Source: the human T2T-CHM13v2.0 reference genome, Homo sapiens
Length of the DNA stretch: 64,000 nt
NCBI RefSeq assembly: GCF_009914755.1
Contig: NC_060936.1
Strand: one strand, 5' to 3'
The position numbers were made by a program, and so were the translations under genes. Positions 47,839 through 62,819 of this stretch are shown piece after piece. The notes under the pieces are model-generated. The model ran no database searches. It saw only the letters and a list, made by a program, of their open reading frames with translations, and was not told the origin of the DNA. The first letter of the stretch is position 1, and the number at the start of each line of letters is the position of its first letter.

Positions 47839-49716
47839 GGTGTGAGGATGTGGCCAAAAGTTGCTTTTCATCATATATTTTTTTAATTTAAAAAGAAAGA
47901 CAGGCATTTGGGGGAGGAGCCATCACCTGGCTGGCATAGTTAAAGCAGGAAGGCTCCAGTTCTAGTATAGATAGTAGATAGAGCTGTTTTCATGATGCTT
48001 CACAGTTTTGCTCTTTCAATTTATGCCCAGTGATAGGAATTAGTTAAATTAACTAGAATTTCAAAATTCGTAAGTTCTCTAAATTTTAAACACATTTACT
48101 TGCTAGTGAAACAAAGTCAGCAAGATGGAGCCATATCCTGGTATTATGAATTTTAGAACTGGGTGGGACTCACAGGTCATCTAATTTTTCTCTGAGAAAA
48201 CAGAGGCCTAGGGAGATTAAGTCAACTTGCCCATGATCACACAGCTAGTTAATGTAATTTATTACTGGGACTAGAATCCAGGCTTTGCAACTCTTGATTT
48301 AGGACTTTTTCTGCTGCGCAATCTTGGCTTCCCACTGAGTTTGAAATGGAATTGTATTATGCTGCAGTGTTAATAATTGAAAGAGGCTTTTTAAAAATTG
48401 TACTAATGCATTTTTTTTTTTTTTCATTTTAAGAGGAGAATTTCCAAGGGCCTTTAGAGGTATGCTGGAATGAGATTTCACTAAAATATTTTATTTTTAT
48501 GAATGCTAATTTTAATCATTTAAAAGGAAATGATGATCGTTCAGTACTGCATTTTGTCAGAAGATTTTTTTCTTCCTACCTCTGCAAGGCTGACATAAAG
48601 GAAAAGCGGAAGACTTTCATCGAGTATTTATGGGACTGATGAAATAATGCATCTGTTGGCAGCTAATTGCAGGTCTTTCTAGGAATAGCAAACATGTGAC
48701 AGGTCTTGCCCCAGCGGAGATGCCTCCATTTCACTTTAAAACATGGATTTGGTATTCTTTTCACTTAGAAATTCTGGCTATGCCTTTTTTTCTCCCTTCT
48801 GTGGATGTATAGACCGTTCGGCTGCATCAGACACTGTATTGAACATCAGGGTTGATTTAACTCATTGTTGCTCAGCTGTGGCTATGCTTTGGAATCACCT
48901 GGGGAGCTTTTACAAAACTACTGATGCCCAGGCTCTACTCCAGGTGAATCCATTACACAATCTCTGGAGGGTGGGTTCTGGGCAATGGGATGTTAAAGGC
49001 ACACACGGGCATGCCCATGTGTAAGTCAGGCACACGTACAAATGCTTCATGAGGTCATCTTAAATTGCAGCCGGGGTTGAGAACCTTGAGCTCTGACCAG
49101 CTGGTTAGGAGCGTGCCTCCTTCCTCACTCACTGCTTCCAAGTCGTGGCTTCCCAAAGCTGTGTACTTGCTTGAAGCATTGTTCTTATTTTCAGGTAGCA
49201 CCAGATGGAAGGGTGGTAGGAATCAGGGTGTAGAGGGATATTAGTTTGCAAATCCTTTTATTCCTTGAATTTCCTGAGCATTGTTGCTCAAGAATGTTCC
49301 AGAATCTCAGACCCCATACAGGGGGTGATGCTGCTACCAACATTAAAATCCATTAGGGCTCTATGGGGATATATAGGCTACACACATGAGGCAACAATTG
49401 GAGGAGTTTGAATTGCTAGTGAATTTGAATTTGGGAATTATTTTTATTGCTATTCACATTGTTTGGTACAGTCATTACAAACTACATGCAGTACCTTGTG
49501 CTCTGTAGATCAGGTTATGTCCAAATGGAGACAGAGTCTCCTGCTGAAGAACGAGTTGGATGCTCCTCTCAGTTAAAAAGTGAGCTGAAGATGGCTCGAG
49601 GATGGAAGAGAGAAGGAGAGACAAATGGCTAGTTGGGAAGAGTGGGACTGGCTTAGTCTGTCAGACTGGCTGTCTGTCTGCTCATGGTCTTTATTCATAA
49701 TTAAAAATGAATTTCA

Positions 49717-50013
49717 GGCCAGGTGCATTGGCTCACGCCTGTTAATTCCAACAGTTTGGGAGACCAAGGTGGGAGGATCACATGAGGTCAGGAGTTCAAG
49801 ACCAGCCTGGGCAACATGGCAAAACCCCGTTTCTACTAAAAATACAAAAAGTAGCTGGGCATGGTGGCACACACCTGTCATCCCAGCTTCTTGGGTGGCT
49901 GAGGCACAAGAATCACTTGAACCCAGGAGGCAGAGGTTGCAATGAGTCGAGAGCACACTCCATCCTGGGTGACAGAGTGAGACCCTGTCTCAAAAAAAAA
50001 AAAAAAAGCAAAA
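49717..50013 (+). mobile_element. Alu
   Basis: Dimer with a small deletion in the right arm; A tail. Confidence 0.93.
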
Positions 50014-52717
50014 GCAGTCTTTTGTGTCTCACAAAGAACTTCAGATAACATCAGTAAAATAATCATAATAGCTAGTGGGGACTTACTGTCTGCCAGCTAT
50101 ATTCTAAGTCCTTTGTGTTTATTAATTCATTTAATCCTGACAATAACTTGATGAGGGAGGTGGTATTATTACCCTTTTGAACAGATGCGAAAATGTAAGC
50201 ACAGAGATAGATGTTAAATAACTTACTTAAAGTCACACAACATAAAGTCAAATTTCACTTCAAGGCCTACTGATTCATATCTTATAAAACCACTTTCTCG
50301 GCATTCAGTTTTCTCCTCTTCCTAATTCTGATAACCTGTGGCTGCTCCAGAGCCCATCACCCTAATTCTTCTTCAGAAACTCCCCTACTTCCAGTTTCTT
50401 CCAGACACACAGCCTCAGGAGGCTTTCTCTTTCTTGCCTCTTGTCCTAAGGCTGATTCCTGGTTGGTATCTCTCTCGTATCTCTCATTTTATACTTTTTT
50501 GGTTGGGGGAAGGCTAGGGTCTAATGGAAGACCATACGGTGGGGAGGGGTCATGGAACAGAGCCCCTGAATCTCTCCCATTTCAACTTGCTACTTTGAGA
50601 GTAAAAAAAAGACTAAATCTCCTTGGCTGTGATCAGGAGATAGTGTGTTGGCTCCCCTGATACTGGAATCCAGTCCCACTTTTGCAGCTCTTAAATCTTG
50701 CTATCTAAAGCCCTCAGTTCCAATAACCAGCTTTTCTGGTGGTGCAGCTTCAGAGTTTCACCAAATGCTTAGCAAGGTAGTGTTCTCTTTTTATGGGTGT
50801 AGTTCAAACTTGTAGGCTGCTGTTATAGCTAGCTGTGGGAATGTTTGCTTTACATAATGTTAATAGGCAGCTGTGTTTATGCTTGTTCCTCAGTTTAAGC
50901 AGTAAGGAGTGTATACATATGATTCTTTGAGGGCATTTCCCCCAGACTAAAAAAAAGAAAAAAAGGTATGTTGTGTTTTTTCCAACAGTAAATTTTAATT
51001 GAAAAGGAATGTAGTTTCTAGAAGAAGTTTGGGGCAGGTTTTACTCCTAGGCTTTATTTTGTTAATGTTATGAAAGAAACTTTAACTCCTTCTAAGAAGT
51101 GCCAAGTTGACAATTCCTGGAAATGTTCATGTTCTATTTATGCTCAGCACCATAGCAGACAGGGTGGCAATACCATTACCAAAATAATACCGCCGAGATG
51201 TACTAAGTGACAAATGAGAGGCTTCTGGTTTTATAACCTAAATACAAGACTTTAAAAGCATCTCCCAATTCTACCATTTGTTGATAAGGTCTGTGGGTGC
51301 TGAGTAGTAATGGTGAAGTTGCTGTGGAGAATTATAGATCAAGTAGAGCGTATCTGCAGTGACTTGTCCTGTTGCTAGAACTATAGAAGGTTAGAGCTGG
51401 AAGGGATCTTAGAAACACTTTATAGATGAGGAAACGAAGGGATATCCAAGTCTAACAGCATGCATATGGGTTCTTCTGTTCAAATAGTAGAACTTCATGT
51501 AACATAAAAATAGGAATTTCTCTGAAATATATTGGGTAGTTCACAACTTTGAAGGAATGATAAAGGTTTCAGGGCTTAATAAGGGCAGGAATGAGGCAAC
51601 AGTGGGGGATCTCAGGCCATCAGATGGTCATCTTCAATCAAGTTTCTACACTGTACCTTCCTTCCAGATTCAGACTATTGGCCAAACTTGGGTCCTGAGC
51701 CCTTCCTCTAGGACACCAGAATCACCTGAAGTGGGGAAAGGAAGTTCCAAAAGAAAGAGTGAAAGCTGATTGAAGCAAGAGTTGTCTACTGTGCCATCCT
51801 TCTTCTTTTTGGATTGAATAGGTCTCACGCCCATGGGCCTGGAAAACAAATGATAGCCCTTTAAGGGAGGAGGTTGCTTTACCTCTTCTTCATACAGCAA
51901 GGCCCAGGTTGAGGGCCAAAGGTGGTAGATAAAACGCTGGAGAGCAGTTTTGGAGCAGCATAGGTCTCCTTAAACTTTTCCAAAATCAGAATGTATTGGG
52001 GGAGAAAAATGGATTGAGAATGTAGATGTAAAGAGGAGGTTTAGAAAGAGAATTTGAATTGGGTACTGGCCTAAGGGCTTTAGATATATAAACTCACTTT
52101 ATTATCATAATAGCCCTTTGAGGTAGGCACTACTGTTATCATTTGCATTTCACAGATGAGGAGACTAAGGTGTTAGATAAATTGCTCAAGGTCACACAGT
52201 TTGGCAGTAGCAGAGCTGAGGTTCAAACACTGACAGTCTGGCTCACAGTCTGTGCTTCTAATCACTAGGGTCCTGTCTCTATCGGTCTACTACCAGTTCT
52301 TAGATCTGATTGGAGTCACATGGCTTAGATGACCTGACCTGGGCTAGCTGCAGCTTCTTTATTTTCTGACCCTTGCTTGCCTCAGGTCTCACACATAGCC
52401 GGCATTTTCATTATGTGTATGTCAGTCTCTTTTTTAACAGTTACCAAATTTTAAAAAATACAAAAGAAAATGAAAGATGTTTTCTAAGAAATATGATTAG
52501 GTAAAATAAAGGTTTTGAATGTGATTGATGTGGACATTTTTGTTCATTTAGTTTTTAAACATATCTCTTCCCTTTCAATCTCTTTATTATTAATTAGTCA
52601 TGTGCTACGGGCAAATGTGACTTTTCAGGCCTTTCATATTTGTTTGAGCCCTTTTATTCCATCATGTGCCAGTCACAATTCATTCAGGAGACAGAAACCA
52701 CACAGTAATTTAAATAG

Positions 52718-53090
<373 letters not shown>

Positions 53091-53403
53091 CTAAATGGGG
53101 TAAAAGAGGTCTCTAAGTAATACAGGAATGGCAGAAGCTACTTTTTCTGAGGTTGAAAGGTAGTGCAGGATACAGTCACTAAGAATGTGGAAGAGGGCCC
53201 TCCCCACCTCTAAGGCTGAGATTCAGACTTCGGTGGAGTTGAAGTGACTGTCACACTAGCTGGTCTGTAAGAGCAGCCTACCTGGTAGCTAACTTCAAGA
53301 AAATCCAGAGAAATAATTGCATGAAGTCAGAAAAGTAATAAATGACCAAAATGAGAAATTTTGAAATTATTTAAAAAAATCAAATAGAAATTCTGGAGCT
53401 GAA

Positions 53404-53549
53404 TTAGGAAAAATAACTAATGCATGTGGGCTTAATACCTAGGTGATGGGTTGATAGGTGCAGCAAACCATCATGGCACACATTTACCTATGTAACAAAC
53501 CTGTATATCCTGCACATGTAGTCCAGGACTTAAAGTAAAAATTAAAATT
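53404..53549 (+). mobile_element. Short 3' fragment of a younger primate L1 (old L1PA/L1PB) inside the L1MA ORF1
   Basis: gcttaatacctaggtgatgggttgataggtgcagcaaacc...; 16-bp TSD AAATTCTGGAGC(T/C)GAA. Confidence 0.88.
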
Positions 53550-56500
53550 AAATTCTGGAGCCGAAATAAAAATTAATGGACTGAAAAATGCAATAGAGAG
53601 TATCAACAGCAGAATTAATCAAGCAGAAGAAAGAATCTGTAAACTTGAAGACATTATTTAAAATTACAGTTGGAGGAGAAAAAGAATGAAAAGGAATGAA
53701 GAAAGCTCATGGGATTTATGAGACAGCATCAAAAGAACAAACATTTGAATAATAGGAGTTAAGGCAGAGGAAGAGAGATAAAGTGGTAGAAAGCTGTTTT
53801 AAAGAAATATTAGCAGAAAACTTTCCAAATCTGGGGAAAGATATAATATCCAGGTACAGGAAGGTCAAAGTCTCTAATTAGATTCAATCCAAACAAGACT
53901 ACACTAAGCCTTATTATAATTAAACTGTCAAAAAACAAAGACAAAGAGAAGACCCTGACAGCAGCAAGAGAAAAGAAGCAAATAACATATAAGACAATTT
54001 CAATAAGCCTAGTAGTACATTTCTCAGCAGAAACTTTATAGGCCAGGAGAGAGTAGGATGATATGTTCAAAATGTTGATGGAAAAAAAAAATTGCTAACA
54101 ATGAATAGTGTAGCCGGCAAAACCGTTCTTTAGAAGTGAAGGAGAGAATGATACTTTCCCAGATAAAGCTGAGAAAGTTTATCACCACCACACCTGTTTT
54201 TACAAGAAAGGCTAGTGGAGTCTTCAAGTGGAAAGAAATGGAAGGTTAATAATAACATGGAAACGTACGAAAGTATAAAACTTACATAGTCAAATTTGGA
54301 ATCTCCAATACTGTAATGGTTGTATGTAAATCATTTACATCTTTAGTTTGAAGGTTAAAAGATGAAACTATTAAAATGGATATAACAACTTATAAAGTAT
54401 ATACAAAACAAAAAGACATAAATTGTGCCATCAAAAACTAAAATATGGGGGTGATGGTGGAGTAAAGTGTAGAATTTTTGTATGTGATCAAAATTGAGTT
54501 GTTATCAGCTTAAAATAACTGGCTGTTTATAAAATGTTTTTGTAAGCTTCATGGTAACCATAAAACAAAAACCTATGGTATATACACAAAAAATAAAAGG
54601 TAAGGGACCAAAGGATATCACTAGAGAAAATTACCTAATCACACTGGAAGACAGCCAGAGGAAGGAAAGAACAAAGCATCTACAAAGCAACCAGGAAACA
54701 GTTAACGAAATGGCAGAAGCAAGACCTTATCATTAATTACCTTGAATGTAAATGGATTAAATTCTCCAGTTAAAAGACAGGGTGTCTGAATGGGTTTTAT
54801 AAAAAGCACAAGACCCAACTATATGCCATCCACAAAAGATTCACTTCCTTTTTAAGAACACATATAGAGTGAAAATTAACGGGTAGAAAAATATTTTCCA
54901 TGCAAATGGAAACCAAAAGAGAGTAGGAGTGGCTATACTTATGTCAGACCAAGTAGATTTTAAGTCAAAAATTGTCAAAAGAGACAAAGAGGGTCATTAT
55001 GTAATAATAAGGGGGTCAATTCATTAAGAAGGTATAATAGCCGTAAATATATATGCACCAATCACTGGAGCACCTAAATATATAAATCAAATATTAATAG
55101 ATCTGAAGGGGGAGACAGACTAGAATATAGTAATAGTAGAGAACTTTAATACCCCACTTTCAGTAATGGACAGGTTACCCAGATAAAAAAAGTAATAAAG
55201 AAACAGTGGATTTAGACTACACTTTAGACCAAATGGACCTAACAGACATTTACAGAATATTCCATCCAATGGTATCAAGAATACATATTTTGATTAGCTT
55301 AGTAATGTATAAGGATATTGAGTCAGTAATACAAATTCTCCCATTAATGAAAAGCCCAGAACCTGATGGCTTCATTGCTGAATTCTGCCAAACATTCAAA
55401 GAACAAATACCAATCTTTCTCAAACTCTTCTACAAAATTGAAGAAGAGGAAATACTTCCAAGCTTATTTTGTAAGGCCAGAATTTACTTTGATATCAAAG
55501 CTAGATAAGGATACAAGAATAGAAAATTACAGACCAATATTCTATTCTTGATCAACATAGGTGCAAAAATTGTCAACAAAATACTAGCAAACTGAATTTA
55601 ACAGCACAGTAAAAGAATCATTCACTGTGATCAAAGGATGCAAGGATGGTTTAACATACACAAATCAATAAATATGACATACCACATTAACAGAATGAAG
55701 GACAAAAACTATATGATCATCTCAATAGTTGCAGAAAAAGCTTTCGACAAATGTCAACATCCCTTCATTATAAAATCTCTCAACAAATTAGGTATAGAAG
55801 GAATATACTTCAACACAAAAAAGGTTATATGGGACAGACTCGTAGCTAACTTCATACTCAACAGTGGAAAACTGAAAGCTTTTTCTTTTAAGATCAGGAA
55901 CAAGAGAAGGATGCCCACTCTCACCACTCTTACTCAACATAATACTGGAGGTTCTAGCCAGAATAATTAGGCAAGATAAAGAAATAAAAGGTATCTAGAT
56001 TAGAAAGAAAGAAGTTAAATTATCCCTGTTTGCAGGTGACATGATCTTAAATATAGGAAACCCTAAAGACTCTACCAAAAAACTATTAGAACTAATAAAT
56101 TTAGTAAAGTTGCAGTATACAAAATTAACATAAAAATCAGTAGTGTTTCTGTACACAAACAGCAAACTATTTGAAAAAGAGATCAAGGAAACAATCCCAT
56201 TTTCAATAGCTACCAAAAGAAAAATACTTAGGAATACTTAACCAAGGATGTGAAAAACCTGTATAATGAAAACTGTTAAAACATTGATGAAAGAAACTGA
56301 AGAAGACACAAATAAATGGGAGGAAACCTCATGTTCATGGATTGAAAGAATTAATACTGTTAAAATGTCCATACTACCCAAAGTGATTTATAGATTCAGT
56401 GCAATCACTATCAAAATTCTAGTGACATATTTTATAGAAATAGAAAAAACAATTCTGAAATTTATATGGAACCACAAAAGACCCTGAATTGCCAAAGCAG

Positions 56501-57112
56501 TCTTGAGCAAAGAAGAACAGAACTGGAGGCATCATACTACCTTCTCTGACTTCAAAATGTGCTACAAAGCTATACTAGTCAGAACAGCATGGTGTTGGCA
56601 TAAAAACAGACACATAGACCAATGGAACAGAATAGATAGTCCAGAAATGAATTCACACATTTATGGTCAGTTGATTTTCAACAAAGGTGCCAATAAGACA
56701 CACTGGAGAAAGGACAGTCTTTTCAATAAATGGTGTTGGAACAACTGGATATGCAGAAGAATTTAGACCCTCATCTCACACCATGTATAAAAATAAACTC
56801 AAAATGGATTAAAGACTTAAACATAAGACCAAAATTATGAAACTACTAGAAGAAAACCTAGGGGAAATGCTCTATGACATTGGTCTGGGCAATGGATTTT
56901 TTGGATATGACCCCAAAAGCACAAGCAACAAATACAATAGACAAATGGGATAAACAAAAGCTTCTGCACAGGAAACAACAGAGTAAAGAAGTAACCTATG
57001 GAATGGGAGAAATTATTTGCAAACCATATATATGATAAGGAATTAATGTCCAAAATACACCAGGAACTGTAAAAACTCAATAGCAAGAAAACAACCCAAT
57101 TAAAAAATGGGC

Positions 57113-57405
<293 letters not shown>

Positions 57406-58179
57406 TAAATGGGCAAAGGATGGGAACAGACATTTCTCAAAAGACATACAAATGGCCAACAGGTATATGAAAAAATGATCAACATCGCAAATCACCAGGG
57501 AAATGGAAATTAAAATTATAATGAGATATAACCTCATACCTATTAGAATTCTAGGTGCTTATTAAAAATATGAAAGGTAACAAGTACTGGCAAGGATGTG
57601 GAGAAAATGGAACCTTTGCATACTTGGTGAGAATGTGAATCAGTATAGCCATTATGGAAAACAGTATGGAGGTTCCTCAAAAAATTTAAAATAGAACTCT
57701 GTGTCTTAGCAATCCCACTACTGGGTATATATCCAGAAGAAGTGGAGTCAGTATATCAAAGAGATAGCTACACTTTCATGTTCACTGCAGCATTATTTAC
57801 AATAGCCAAGATACAGAATCAACCTGAGTGTCCATCAACAGATGAATGGATAAAGAAAATATAGCATATATACATAATGAAATACTATTCAGTTTTTAAA
57901 AAGAAATACCGTCATTTGTGACAACATGGATGAACCTAGGTGATATTATGCAAAGTGAAGTGAAACAAGGCACAAAAGGACAGATACCATATAATCTCAC
58001 TTATATGTAGAATCTAAAAAAGTTGAACTCATGGAAGCAGAGAGTAGAATGGTAGATACCAGAGGCTGGAGGAGATGTGATTGGGGAGATGTTGGTCACA
58101 GAATGCAAAGGTTAGTTAGGAGAAATAAGTTCAAGAGATCTATTGTGCAACATGATGACTATAGATAATTAACAACCTA

Positions 58180-58501
58180 CAGTTGGCCCTTTGTATCTAT
58201 GGATTCAACCAACCACAAATAGAAAATATTTGAAAAAAAAAAACCACAATAAAAAATAACAATTCAGCAATAAAAAAGAATACAAGTGAAAATATAGTAG
58301 GACAACCATTTACATAGCACTTACCTTGTATTAGGTATTATAAGTAATCTAGAGATTATTTAAAATATATGGGAGGATGTATGCAGGTTATATGGAAATA
58401 TTATTATCATTTTATATCAGGGACTTGAGCATCCATGGATTTTGGTATCTTGGGTGGTAGTGGGGGCCTGTAGTCCCCCTGCAGATACTGACAAATGACT
58501 G
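58180..58501. mobile_element. MER2 (TcMar-Tigger) inside the L1MA 3' UTR
   Basis: ta|cagttggccctttgtatct...gatactgacaaatgactg|ta. Confidence 0.85.
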
Positions 58502-58628
58502 TAGACTGTATTGCATTCTTGAAAATCACCTGAGTAAATCTGACATGTTTTCTTCACAAAAAGTGATAAGTGTATGAGGTAATGCATATTTTAATCATCT
58601 CTATTTAGCCATCCTGCAATGACCATCC

Positions 58629-59012
58629 TGCTATGGTCCCAATGTCTCCCAGAATTCAACTTAATCCCCATTGTGGTGGTATTAAGGGGTGGTAATAGGG
58701 GGTGGTATTAAGGGGTGAAGTAATTAAGTCATAGGGGCTTTACCCTCATGAATAGATTAGTGCCTGACTAAAGGGCTGGAGGGAACTCGCTTAGGCTCTT
58801 GTTGCCCTTTGGCATTCTGCTGCGGGAGGACACAGTGTTAACCTCTTCTGCCACGTGAAGATGCAGCAAGACTGCCCTCACCAGACACCAAATGCTTGAT
58901 CTTGCACCTTTATCTTGGACTTCCAGCCTCCAGAACTGTGAGAAGTAAATTTCTATTGTTTATAAATTACCCAATCTGTGATATTTTGTTATAGCAGCAA
59001 AAATGGACTGCC
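58629..59012 (+). mobile_element. MST-family LTR inside the L1MA 3' UTR
   Basis: ccctcatgaatagattagtgcc...cagcctccagaactgtgagaagtaaatttc...ttatagcagca. Confidence 0.8.
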
Positions 59013-59152
59013 AGTTTTCGTATTTCAAAACATCATGTTATACACGATAAACGTGTACAATTTTTATTTGTCAGTTAAAATAATAAGTTAATTTAAAAAA
59101 GAGATAGCCAGTGTTTATAATAAATGAATCATCTTAACATTTGAGTTTTTGC

Positions 59153-59697
59153 TGTAGGGGAGGAAAAATCTCTTTTCCTCATTCATTCTAGGTTCATGAC
59201 TGAGGCCCTTATACCAAAGGACAGATAAACAAGAGCAAGCATAGAAATTTATTTAATATAAATTTTACATGACACAGGAACTTTTATAAGGGAGTGAAGA
59301 CCCAAAGAGATGGTTAAACTTGTGTATTTTTATGCTAGGTTTGATGGCATGTGGATGGTTGTGGGGAAATGGGATTGGAAAAAGAATATGAGCTCTAATG
59401 ATAATGAACTAGGGTAAACTTTGCTAGGGCTAGGTGTTCCTGTTCTCTCTGTGATCTGCATCTTCCGAAATAAGGATGCTCCTTTCCTCTGGGGATAGGG
59501 AAGGCATTGCACATGAGAGTCACCTTACCTGTTTCAGGGGAAGGTCAGAAAATCCTTTCTAGGGTTTACAACCTGCTTTAAGGGAGAATCGGGAGAATTG
59601 TGGGAGCTGAGGGGAGGTCAGAGTGACCTGCCTGCTTATGCTGTCTTCTCAGATTCCAAGTGCCATATCTTGGGCCAGTGTGTCTTGAATCCCATCA
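59153..59697 (-). mobile_element. ERV1 MER34-like solo LTR
   Basis: tgtaggggaggaaaaa...gtcttgaatcccatca; 4-bp TSD-like ttgc / ttac. Confidence 0.7.
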
Positions 59698-60224
59698 TTA
59701 CCGTTGGAAATTCCGTTTCAGAAGCCCACTCTTTGCTAAACTCCAGTTACTTCTAGAACTGGACACTGCTGCTGAAATCTGGAATTTCTTATGTGATGCC
59801 AAAAAAAGGAGAAAATTTAGAAGATTACGAGTATGTGTGTGTTTAACAAAGTATATATACTTTTTTCTTCAGAGAGTAAAACCTCTGAATCAACTTGAAG
59901 TAGTCTTTTCAAATTGTTATCAAGGCATGCTGCTATTTCAACTATTAGAGAGATAGCACCGGACTTAAAAGACCTTCTCTAAATGACTCTTCAGGAACTA
60001 GGAAGAGCATTTTTCACTCTGCTGTTTAAAGTATTTTGTTTGTCTTTCTATGAGTATACTGTTTCAAAGTGTTTCACTAGATTATAACCTGATTTTTTTC
60101 AGTGTCTTCTGTTTGTATGCTTTTAAGTTTCTAAATCTTTTCTCTTCATTGTTTTTCCCCAAATTGTTGGACTCTGAGTAAGCTTCTGCCAGTGTCATTT
60201 TAAAATATATTTATATCCTTCAGA

Positions 60225-60492
60225 TGCTAAAAATAGTTTGTGCACTTTTAAATGGTTGAAAAAGAAAAGAAGATTACATGATGTTTGAAAATCACATGAA
60301 ATGCAAATTTCAGTGTCTATAAATAAAGTTTTATTGGAACACAGCCATGCTTATTTGTTAACACGTTGTCTCTGGCTGCTTTCACAATACACCAGCAGGG
60401 CAGAGTCAGGTAGCTGCAACAGAGACCTTATGGTCCACAAAACCTAAAATGTTTACTATCTGGCCCTTTACAGAAAAAGCCTACCACCCCTG
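60225..60492. mobile_element. MER58 (hAT-Charlie)
   Basis: aaataaagttttattggaacacagccatgc...tttactatctggccctttacagaaaaag. Confidence 0.85.
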
Positions 60493-61889
60493 GTATAGAG
60501 TGAGAAAGGCCAGAAACCAGAAAAAAAACCTGTGGCTTTTCCCAAAAAAGCTTTGGTTTTTTTCTTATGACCGGAATCAGCTTTATTTGCCTTTCTTTAC
60601 TTGGTGCCTAACTGAGTGCTGGATTAAAGCAAATGCTTAGTTCTAAAATTGTTTTGAGAGTCAAAACTGGGGAGGCCTTTCTTCAGGGTAAACTTTTCCT
60701 ATGAATATATATCATTATCTTTGCCATTTTTTGAGTTAGATTTTGCCAGAAGAGATTTGTCATACCAGGGCCATTGAAGCTTTTCTTTCATTTCTAAAAT
60801 TGTACATAAGAGAAAAAGAATTAGATAAACCAAACAGATAAAACCCTTTTGTGCTCTGCACATTCACACGAGGATTTAGTTTCAGCTTATCCTGTGTATT
60901 TACTCATGGTTTAGTCTCAAGATTTTTAAGTATTGGCATGATGAGATAATGTTAGCATTTGAATACTAACCACAGAAAGCATTAAGCAAGGTCTGCAGTC
61001 ATGAAGCATTTGCCTTTTGTTCCCATCCATTAGGTATTTAATGTATTTTTTACATCCCCCCACCTTGGCTTTGTTTTCACCTCCTTTGAAGGAAATCTTT
61101 TGTCATTGAGACTCAAACGTTCTGAAGAGTAATGCTACGCCAGGGTATGAATTTCTTCCCATTCCCTGAGATAGCCATTGTACTATTAATATTTCTGTCT
61201 GTTGTTTAGAAGTGTAGCCTGTATTAGGTTCTCAATCCCCTAAGGAATATAACATTTTAAGTGCTCGTAGAGTGCTGTGGGCTCTAAAAGGTATCAAAAG
61301 CATTCCATCAGAAATAGAAGCTAGAGAGCCCTTGTCCTTCAAGGAGTTTGAAGTCTGTATGGTAAGAGAGGGGTAACATGCATACGAATTCTGAACATGT
61401 ACTAGCAGCCTACAAAGTGAATGGAATTTCAGCAGAGCATGCAGCATGAAGGAGCGATCTCAGCAGGGAAGGGAATAAAGTAGGGAGTGCTTCGAAGGTG
61501 AATCTGGGTTTTATGGAAGGTAGAGTCATTGGTTCCAGGGGAAGAAGCCAGTCCAGATGGAGGAGACGCCAAGTACTTCCCTGACATCTCAGGATGCCTT
61601 GCTAGAACATTAAACCCAGCATGTTGCAGATGGAATGAGTTTTTCTCACTAAATCTAGGTCCTGCTCCTGCCCTCAGTATTTCCGTCAATGTCATGGTTT
61701 TCTGAGTTATGCACCTGCCGCTTACTTTAGGCTTTTATTGCTTCTCCAAACTACTTTGTAACTGGTTTGCCTGTACAGAGAAGCTGCCAGATTTGTCTTC
61801 CAAAGCTTTCTTCCTATCACTGTGACCCCTGCACACCATTCCAGCATCCATTGTGCCATTCTCTGGAGAGCTGCTCTTCTGCATACTAG

Positions 61890-62209
<320 letters not shown>

Positions 62210-62756
62210 CAGTTTGTTTTTTAATGTGCTGTGCTGTTGGGTTTTGTTTGTTTGATTTTTGTTTTGCCTGAGTGTCTTTGCCTATAGTGTGAATGTTTTT
62301 ACTTCTCTCTTTGCCACGTTAACTCCAGTTCCTCCTTTGGGCTTTAGCTTAGGTGTTTTTTCAGGAAGCCTTCCCATACCTTCTATGTTGGATTAAGTCC
62401 TCTCTCATGCGCTTCTGAGCATCTTGCACCTCCTATTTGGTGTGCTTCTCTATAATAGGTTGTAACTTCCAGAGGGCAGGGACCTAGTGCTATTGGACAA
62501 ATGGCAAGTGCTCAAATAAAAGATGTTGTTTTTTTCTTAAAATATATTTAAATTTTCCTCATTGTCTACAAAATTAATTTCAGACATTTTTAAATTCATT
62601 TCAGACCTTCTGTAATATGGCCCGACCTTATCTATATTAATTATTGAATTAGATTTGGCAACATTTAACAGAAAACCCAAATGACAGTGATTTTAACAAG
62701 ATGGAAGGTTTATTTTTCCCTTCTCCTCCTCTTCCTCCTGTTTCTCCTCCATATCC

Positions 62757-62774
62757 TTCTCTCTCTCTCTCTGT

Positions 62775-62816
<42 letters not shown>
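62757..62816. repeat. (CT)n-(CA)~21 microsatellite
   Basis: Direct reading. Confidence 0.95.

Positions 62817-62819
<3 letters not shown>

Noticed and set aside
55206-56766. Reverse-transcriptase-like ORF fragments as a novel RT system
   Set aside because: They are broken pieces of L1 ORF2 with stops, frameshifts and a deletion. The catalytic region reads FAGDM rather than FADDM.
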